Positions 54,688 through 64,000 of a stretch of 64,000 bases of DNA are shown piece after piece. This stretch comes from Spizellomyces punctatus DAOM BR117 (taxonomy: Eukaryota): NCBI GenBank assembly GCA_000182565.2, contig KQ257452.1. One strand, 5' to 3'. The position numbers and the translations under genes are program-made. Each line of letters begins with the position of its first letter. Position 1 is the first letter of the stretch. Below the pieces are notes generated by a model. The model saw only the letters and a program-made list of their open reading frames with translations. It was not told the origin of the DNA and ran no database searches.

Positions 54688-57600
54688 ATGTTTGCCGCGG
54701 TGAGGAATCGCGACGTCAGCACACTTCGGTCTTTGCTTCTTGGATCTGACACTTCAAGCAGTGGCCATACTGGTGGGCCAGGTAGTGGAAGCTTTGGAAG
54801 CCTGGGGAAACATAGCGTCCTAAAGCAGCGCAAAGGGACGGTTGACCCAAATGAAAGGGATGGTGAAGGCAATACCGTTCTGCACATTGCTGTGGCTTCA
54901 GGGAATGTGGAAGCTGTAAACATAATTCTCCAATGCCCGAAGCTCAATGTGAATGTGCAAGATACGGAGAGTGGCTACACTGCTCTCCATAAAGCCCTAT
55001 ACGACGGAAACCTCTCACTAGCACTGCACATACTCCGTCAACGCGAGGACTGTGACCTTACAATTCGGGACCGAGAGGGGAACACTTGTTTGGGACTTCT
55101 TGTCTCGACCATCGAGAGTGCGACGTCAATAAGCGAGCCATTGCCTCCAATTAGCGACCCGCCAGCCGAACGATCCTATGATTCTGATGAGGACAGTCCT
55201 TCGCAGGAAAAGCGTACTGATGATCGCCCAGATGCTGCCGCATCGTTGTGGACCTGGGGAAGCAATACAAACTATCTACTGGGACATCAAAATTCGGATG
55301 ACAGGGCTTTCCCGGAAAGGGTCGATATAACGGCGACTTACAGGAAGTCAGACAGGCCAACCGTAACGGTACAGACGTTTTCAGAACACGACCCTGATGT
55401 GAAGTCAATCGTCTTGTCAAAGTACCATAGCGCTATTTTGACGAGCGATCGGTTATTTACGAATGGGGTGGGGTCAGGTGGAAGGTTAGGTCTCGGAGAT
55501 GAAGATACAATGTTAAGACCAATGGTCGTAAGAGGGGTGAAAGGTAAAGTAGCCTCCCTTGCAGTCGGGCCAGAGCACACTGTGGCTGTGACCACCACTG
55601 GAGATATATGGACATGGGGTAGCAATCGATATGGACAGCTAGGTAAATCTTACCGTTGTCGCTCTGTCTCGGGTAGGTGTTCTGAATACCTACTGAATAG
55701 GCTACGTTTCGGAAACTGTTGGAAAGGATACACCTTGTGAATTGAAGCCAAGGGAAGTTGGAGGGACTCTCAAGAGAGTCCGCATACTTGGTGCGGCAGC
55801 ATCCAGACATCACACCGCAGCCTTTTCCGATGCGGGGACAATCTATACGTGGGGCATAAGCGTGGGTCAACTAGGTGGGATGATATAGCGTGCCATCATT
55901 TGTTGTTGTGGCTGATATGCTGTCATTAGGATATCAACAGCCACTGAACACCATCCACAATTACCCAAAGAAGGTTACAGATTTTCCCCAGCAGAATATC
56001 CTTCAGCTATCAGCGACGAAAAGTGCCACGGCGGTCCTCACTGAATCCTATGAGGTCTTCGTCTTTGCAGAATTCAAATACAGTAGAGTCACCTTCCCTT
56101 TCCAGCAATTCCCGAAACACGTGCAAGTCCACCACCCCCGAACCGAAAAGCCTCCTTATATTACCAAGATCGTCTCTGGAAACCACCAATTTGCGGCTTT
56201 AACATCTGCCGGTGATGTCTTTCTTTGGTCTCCGCCTGAGAAGCAGTTTGCGGAAACATGGCAGCACCTGACCTTTCCTCAGAGAAGACCCAAGAAAGTC
56301 TGGTCCGTTCGTAAGAAACATCTGGCAGCTCGTGATGTCGCTGTTGGTATCGATTCAAGTATTATTATTCGGACAGATAGCGGTCACGTCTTCATAGGTA
56401 TCAGGTACGTGTGACCACAAACGTGAGAATAGGCGGATCCCTATATTCATCGGTGCTCATATCTTCCATTGTCAGACGCAAAGATGCCAAAGTGAGAAAC
56501 GTGAGCGAGACCGACGAGGCCAAAGACGTCGTTTATTTCAAATACCACAAAATACCATATCTCCAGCACGTCCAACACGTGGTGGCCAGCGCGTCAGGAG
56601 CTTATGGTGCTATTCGATTGGATCGTCGCCCGCGTACCGTTACAGTCAGTCCTGGTACCCTCCGCGAGGATATTCACAAAGCCTTCTCCGCGGATCCGGA
56701 TCCGGATAAGCCAGACTTCCATGGCGTTGGAATAGGCCCGGACGTGGAAGGTGTTGGGGATGTGGTGTTTGTCACAAGAGATAAACGGACTCTTCATGCG
56801 CATCGCGTGATTTTGGCCTGTCGTTCCCCTTTCTTCAAACGCTTGTTCTGCGATGGGAACCTGCTACCTGGAACCAAGAAGACTGTAAAAGACGTCACAG
56901 TAGAATTCAAGCTCAATACGATGTCGAATGTTGTCGAGATATCCGTTCCGACGTGCCATTCGCGAACATTATCCCTTTTATTAGACTACATATATAGCGG
57001 AGGATTCCGCAAAGCTTGGGACCACACGATATTTATGCGTGAAGACACCACTATTACTCCGCACGGGTCTCTGCAACCGTCGACCATTTATAAGGAGTTC
57101 AATCAATTTGCCAAAACTTTCCAGCTCGGCGATACCGACGTGATTCAGCTGACGGATAGTAAAGGACGCGCCTACCATCAGCATATCTTTTCAATTCTGA
57201 ATGATAGTAAAGACACATATGATCAGTTTTCCGATGTCTTATTACGGCTCTCTGATCGTGATGTTCGGGCACATCGGGTCATTCTGACAACTCGATGCCC
57301 TTTCTTTAATGCAATGCTGGGAAGCGGTTCGCGTTGGTCGTTCGCAGAGGAAGGTGGACTGGCGCTGGTGCAACTTGATCATTTTCGTTTTGAGGTGATG
57401 GAGGTCGTGTTGCGATATATATATGGTGACGGCAGTGCCGACGAGGTTTTTGCTGGAATAGAAAAGCGAGGCATATCTGAGTTTGTTGAGTTCACCATCG
57501 AGGTCCTTGCCGCGGCAAATGAGCTGTTGTTGGAAAGGCTGAAGGAGATATGCGCGGTTATTCTGGAGCGAGCAATGGACATTCGAAATATGGTTGCAAT

Positions 57601-59279
57601 GTTGGTTGTAGCAGATACGTACGAGGCGACGAAACTGAAGGATGCTTGTCTCAATTTCGGTATGGCAACAATTGACATCATTTCCGCAGGATGTGTCAAT
57701 GACCCTTTGCCTCCCTTTCTGTAAAGTTTGTAGGAATATGGAGACAGCTGTGGAATGTCGCATGCTAGAGGATGTCGCTGAGGAGCTCATAACCGACATT
57801 GAAAATCGACTTCGCGACATGCAATCCCGGAAATACCCCTTTACGCGGGGCGAGAATAGTATTTACCAACGCATCAGAGCAATTGCCGTAAACGAGGAAG
57901 AAGAAAGAAAGCGACGCAGGAGATCAGCGTACGATGAACGAAAACGGGTAGAGCGGGAAATGGGTCTAGTTTGCGCAACTAGCTCATACGAAGAGGCGTC
58001 TGCTGGGTCGAAGCACTTTCCGCTTCGTGAGAGCACTGAAGGTGACAGCGGCGATGATCAAAAGGATGTTCCCCGCGAGCGAGGCTTTGACGGGGAGGAG
58101 GAGGATCTTTTTGAGATGGAGATGGAGGCTCCCATGAAGGAAGGTGATAAGAAGACTGGTTCTAGCAGTCAGGAGGCATGTACCCCCACACCAGGTGCGA
58201 AAGCTACTTCTCGTGGTAAGAAGGACAAGCGCGCGTGGAGGAAGTTGGATTTGAACGGGATGACCGCTGTGTCAGTGTCGCCGGTCGCGGCAACGACAAC
58301 CGCGCCGCCCGTTGCACCAGCCAAGGTCGAATCTCCGAGCCCAGTCAAGACCTGGGGAGCCGTTATAGCAAAAGATCAAAAAGCCTCTTTCAGAGACATC
58401 ATGGATGAGACGCGTGCGACATCTTCCACCCCCGTTTCCAATCTTTCGATTGCCATGGCAAGCCGAAAGAAATCTTTCCTCGATATCATGGCAGAAGCTG
58501 AAGCAAAACCTCCCACCTCTCCCGACTTTAGCGTTGGGGTCCAGAAGCGAACTATGTCACCTAGTCCCGCAAAGAAACCTCCCTCTGCAACCTCTGCTCA
58601 AAGGCCTCCAGCACCCATATCAACGCCAACAAAGCCAGCTCCGTGGACGTCTAGTGGCAGTCCCGCAACGCCTTCAGCAACACATCCCTGCACGCCGCCA
58701 CCAGTATCACATTTCCCGATTACCATCAAAGTAACCTCACCGTCTAGAACCAAGATGTCGCAAAAGGAACGCCGAAAGTCAGCCGCCGCAGCCAAAGCCT
58801 CTTTGCCGTCACCACCATTAGGTCCTTCTCCCTCTCCTTGGGCAAACACCGTGCCCGCATGGGGGTTAAATTCCAAGCCAAATGGGACTGGCAGTATGGG
58901 TAAAACGCTCAAACAGATCCAAGATGAGGAGCGAGCAGGGTTGAGCGGCGGTGTGGAATTGGCTGGACGATCCAGCAGTAACGGCAGTAACGGCAGTATA
59001 TCATCCAACAACCCGGCATCCCATTGGTTGGGCGGGCCAGGATTTGCTAGTGCCGCCGCTTCAGCAGTTTCATCCTCCTCCGCGACAGTGTCTTCCTTCA
59101 CATCCATTCAAGCCGAACAGCTGCATTATCAGCAAGCTCGGCACAAGATGCTCAAGAAGCCGCTATCACGCATCCAAGCCGAGGAGCGCGCCGTAAAAGA
59201 CTTGATTGAATTTTATGCCATGACAAAAGGGGTTGGGAGTGGGGAATGGGTAGTTGTGACGAGGGGTGAGAAGAGTTGA
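54688..59279 (+). CDS. Ankyrin-RCC1-BTB-BTB protein (IBTK / S. pombe Btb1-like Cul3 adaptor)
   Basis: Ankyrin repeats (GNTVLHIAV, ESGYTALHKALY), RCC1 repeats (WTWGSNTNYLLGH, GGRLGLG, WGSNRYGQLG), two BTB domains (HAHRVILACRSPFF, RAHRVILTTRCPFF), and tail motifs KMSQKERRK and PLSRIQAEERAV. Confidence 0.9.
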
Positions 59280-60388
59280 TACTCCAGTGGACCATGAAAT
59301 CTTGTTATGTGGCTGTCACTTGTTCTTTTTGGATACTCTTATATTTATGACACTTCACACGGCTCATGCCGTGTATGATTAATGTGTATTTTTAAGTGGC
59401 ATTGAGAGCGGCTCTATAAAGATGTGGATTGACTCCTCAAAATGGTCAAGATATGCATCCAGACGGCAGTGTAGATGTTTAACAGATTGTGTATGGCACA
59501 TTTAGGGCATGAAATCGCACAATGAGAAAAGCGAGATCATGGAAACAGTGCGCCTTGCGAGTTACTCTTGCATTTAGTAAGAACAAGATCGCTGCTACTG
59601 TGAAAGGAGAACACAATCTTGCGAATGATCATGCGTTTTTGTAACAAATTCCAGCGTTGGGGGGTGGGCGGTCCAAGTTCTCTGGCTTGTGCGCTCTTTC
59701 TCGAACATTGAAATTGAAAAGGGCAAAAGCCAAGACCACGACCAGCCCACCTGTAGAGTATTCGTAGGTATAAATGTACGGTATCCCAACCGCGAATCCG
59801 TCCATCCGTACGCCTCACACCCAAAGAGGACTGCAAGGGATATAGAACCGGACCGCTTCCTCGGATTCCGTCGTAAATGCTCTTTCAAGGTTCAGAAGGC
59901 TCCCAGCTATTTCAGCAAGTTTTGGCGACCCGCTGTTGTTGAACTGCAGCCGCAGATTCTTGAGTAAGCGAATTGGAAGAAACGGACAGGTTCGGGAATC
60001 GAAAGCGTTTTTATAGGACGCAATTGTGGCGGAGCGATAAAATATTGCGCCACAGCATCGATCATGATTACGGATGTAGGTAACCTTATATCTCATCGCT
60101 CCCTTTATTCTGGCGTCAGTGGGTGGCCGAAACTCGTCGCCTCAATACATCTGGTGCATCACAAGATGAATGTCCTTGCGAACTGGTGCTATGATATGCC
60201 AAGTTGACAAGAAATTTCCAGCCTACTAAGTAAGCAAAGTGACTTGATGAACAGTCTAGATTGTCCCACTGGGCATTCTAAGGTGCCCTTTCGCGTGCAG
60301 TTGTAATCTAGTAAAGTATATTTGAATATCAACAAAAGAAATATATATCTCGCTGTTTATAGAAGCTTTCTGCACTCTAGGCACGCCA

Positions 60389-63300
60389 TCAGATATCGCT
60401 GTCCTTGAATGCATCCAAGACCCTCTTGCGGATCTTGGGATCCAATCCATCCACAATTCTCAATAATCCCTTCACGGCAGCATCTACGTCTTCCGCAGCC
60501 ACCTTTTCAACCATTTTCACGTGTCCTGCAATCCTGGCTCTCTCAATACGTTCATCAACACCTTCCCGTTTCATACTCAACCACCGCACCACCTCCAAGT
60601 CATTATGGCGATACTCTTTACTACCGACAGGGTGTAACATCCCTCCGTGACGAGCTACATCTTCATCATAGACTTCATCATCCAGTGCCGCTCGTACTTT
60701 ATTCAAGTCCTCTGTAAACCAAGACTCGAGGTGCTGTTTGCCTTCGGAGCGGGAGAGGGAAGGATCGGCTGCGAGGAGCTGACTGAGGACACTTTCTTCG
60801 CTAATGCGACGGAGGAGGCGCCAGTAGAAGAACCGACGACTTTCACGCCAGCTTACGACGCGCTCCACAACTTCTTTGGCCAACATGCGGCCGGGTCGGT
60901 CGTGAAGGTCAGCAAAGTGGACTGCCACTTGGTGGTACACGGGCATCAGCTCCTTTTCTCGTTTGTCAAACGCCCTTTGGAGCTCGGCCTTTTTCTCAGG
61001 TGTAACTGTTGATCCTGCGCTACTGGCTTCCGAGAGAGCCCGTTTCAGCTCCCGGTATTCCGCATCCAAACGCTCCATGGCAGCAACCATCTGGGCCCGA
61101 CGGAATTTGATCTCAACGATACCCTGTGGTTCAAGAACCCCACCACGCGCTTCCTCTTCCGCGTACATCTCCATCATCTCAGGGTTGATGGTAGGGTCGA
61201 GTACCACCCAAGCTCCGCCTCTCAATTCACCAATAACGTAAATGAACACGGGTTGCTTGTATGCCCTCAAGGCATCTACAATGCAGGCACCATACTTGAG
61301 GACCTCTTTGTACATGTCACTCTGGCCACCAGAGAACCCACGCCAGTTTGCGAAAATGAAGAGAGGAAGCTGTTCACCCTTGTTGAAATCGTTAATCGCT
61401 TGGGCGGTCTTGTAGGCAGAATTGGGGTACCAGACTTGACCGGCTTCTACAATGGTCTGCTCCTGGGACTTGTCATCGGCGGCATCAGCCGGGATGATGG
61501 ATTCCGTGGAGCGGGTTTCGACGGAAATGGCGCCAACTGGGATCCCTCCTAAGCGCGCACGTCCCACGACCACACCCTTGGCCCAGCCAGCAAGAGTCTC
61601 TGTAAAACTACCTCGATCGAAGAATCCGTCAACAAAGTCTCCTTCACTGTCCTCATATCCAGCCAGTAGTTCACGGGGGTCATACGACCCAGATGGGATT
61701 TCGGTCTCAACGTCTCGGTCAACCGAGTCTGTCGCTGGTAGAACAGGAAGTGGAGCATTGCGATGTTTGGGAACATAAGAAAGCCAGTTCAAAATCTCTT
61801 GCACACCGTTCATGTCGTCCTTGGCAACAAGATGGGAGACACCGTTCCGGTGCATAATTTGCGTGCCACCAAGTTGGAGGTTCGATGTGTATACTTCCCG
61901 TCCGAGAACCTTGTTCAGTGCGGCCGCACCTGTGAGAATAATAGGTGTGTACTCCACTTGGATGGTACGCTGACCGAGACGGACTAGATAAGCCCCAATA
62001 CCTAAATCAAACCAGCCAATCAGTGAAACTAGCTCTCGAAGAGCCAAAAGGCACAATGTTGTCGCACTTACCCACAGACCGGCAGGTAACCAGCGTCAGC
62101 GTGAAAATCTCCTCGTACGCCAAACTGGTCTCCCCAGCAATCATTCCACTCCCTTGCAGATTCTCGACACCCAAGCCATGCGTTCGACCAATCACATCAA
62201 TGATTTTGTACCTCGTCTCTCCGTCGGTCGTCACTAGTTTCTCGCACCGGACAGAGGGATTGCTGCCTTGATCAAGGACAAGCTTCTTATGCTCTTCTTC
62301 GGTGAGATAGAGATAATCGAATCCTTTAGAAGGATTGCTCGGGTCCAACCAGCATACGTTGAAATGGTTAATTACTTCGTCAGCGAGGCCAATGCGAGCA
62401 CCAGAGTTGGCTGAGATGTAAATCCGGGGAATGCCTAATCGTCTCGCGTACTCAGAGGCTTTGAAGAACACCAGGTCCTCCATTGGCCCAAAGGAGCCAA
62501 TATTGAACGTGATATCGTTGGCGACAATAACAATATGACGCCCTTCGGGATACTCGGGTGTGAACAATTCAAAGTCCCATGCCACCATTCCGCAAGTGTT
62601 TTCGCCTAACAACACAAAACAAAGAAATTGATATACATTTTCCAACGTTCCTGCACAAATGAATACCTACCAGGTTCTCTGACAGTCTCTACCAGCTCCC
62701 CATTCTTACCCACGACCAATTCAACCACATTCATAATTACAGCTGGAACCCTTGCTCCACTCTCCTCAGCATATCGAATCCAGCTCTTCTCCACAGCCCT
62801 TCTGAACAATTCTGGAAAGTCATAGATGTAGGTTGTACCCATCAAGTGTGCCTTGTACCGTTTGGGCTGGATCGATTCGCGGGTCGGGTAGGGCGCGCCA
62901 ACGGCTTGATGATGGAGTGGACCGGGTGGGGATGACAGCGACATGAGCTTTTGAACTCCGGTACCATCGCGCACTTCTTGATAGACATCAACTTTTGTGA
63001 CGTATCCGGTAACCGAAGAGATTGTGAACCGGATAGGTTTAGCTGTTGATGAGGAGGAGTTGGGGGGCATAGGCGGTGGGGAAATCAGACCGCTGCTACT
63101 GTATGGGCTTCCGCTTCCACTGTTCAAAGTATTGCCCCGGCGAAAGATGAACCGCACCTCGGCCGTAGCCACACGAAGTTTCCATAGGCGCTGTCCATGT
63201 CTATCTACAAACTCTTTCAAGCTCGCCTCAGCTGCATCAATATCAATTTCGAACGTGGGGACAAAGTTGATAAAGAGATGATTGCAGTCGGTGTTTGGGT

Positions 63301-64000
63301 ATTGCGCTCCGACAATCTCCAAAGCATCCATAATGTCCGTGACAATACGATTTCCCTCGCTGACAAGGAAGTCGTGAGTACGGACACCAGAAACGGGGGC
63401 CTGTCCTGGGTACACGATAGCTCGAACAAAGAACCTCGTGTCGGACGGGTTCTTTCTGCCGACCGCATGATAAACGTGGATGCGACGGTTATCGATAAAG
63501 CATGGCTTCACCTCATAGTTCGCCATGCGTTGGAGCTCGAGCTGATACGCCATGGCAGGCTCGATGTGGCGAATGACGAGATCCTCACTGTAATCCAGTG
63601 CTTCTTTGAACGTAAAGTAATGGGGGAACTGGTTCTGCCTCACGACCATAAATGTGATCCGTCGCACCCGTTTCGCACGGAGAATCGGACGAAGTGATCT
63701 GACAATGGACTCAAACTTGGCATGGGCAGTCTCATCCTTACCCAGTTCGGGTGCACAACTGTCGAGAATGGCTATGTTAAACACATGACGCATTCCAGTC
63801 ATACTTCGACGCTCCTTGGGGGAGCCGGGAGTGGTATCTTCGCCATATCGCTCAACAATATGCGGAAAGTTTTCCTCTAATTCTTTGAGCGAAGAAAATG
63901 CGCACATGGCACCTTTTCGAGTGCTTTTTGTGTCCACACGAGAGGACGAGGTAGACGTTGACGCGTACGAGTTCTTTCGCGACGTCGACTTTCCTTTTCC
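60389..64000 (-). CDS. ACC1: Acetyl-CoA carboxylase, 3' part (central and carboxyltransferase domains); continues beyond the window
   Basis: [97 protein letters not shown] and LHDRPGRM. Confidence 0.97.

Noticed and set aside
59400..60300. Possible gene or ncRNA between the convergent IBTK-like and ACC1 genes
   Set aside because: I found no recognisable protein motif or structured-RNA signature.

Overview
This is a gene-dense eukaryotic window with mostly short (~50-100 bp) GT-AG introns. It most likely comes from an early-diverging, probably zoosporic (chytrid-like) fungus, an inference from its fungal housekeeping genes plus an STK33-like kinase and a Frizzled/Smoothened-like receptor. About 25 protein-coding genes can be reconstructed by eye. 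They include a secreted flavin oxidase, ZIP zinc transporter, thiolase, NOA1/Gep3-type GTPase, F-box protein, MFS transporter, MARCH5-like E3, STK33-like kinase, sideroflexin, class-F GPCR, Ded1/DDX3-like helicase, sarcosine/pipecolate oxidase, GAPDH, a multidomain receptor-like protein, M20 carboxypeptidase, peroxisomal enoyl-CoA isomerase, Fun30/SMARCAD1, IBTK/Btb1 and the 3' part of ACC1. Four observations stand out. (1) The five-intron GAPDH resembles the bacterial ArsJ-associated/Gap3 arsenate-related clade rather than fungal glycolytic GAPDH. (2) A membrane protein has an ectodomain built from an apparently catalytically dead 5'-nucleotidase plus CUB and Cys-rich repeats, a candidate nucleotide-sensing receptor. 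(3) Five copies of an 11-bp ACC-N5-GGT motif lie upstream of the ZIP gene, a candidate zinc-responsive element. (4) A repeat family made of degenerate TTAGGG tracts plus a minisatellite has expanded both ZIP introns and recurs in inverted orientation upstream. All family assignments come from recalled motifs, not database searches, and exon boundaries were read manually.
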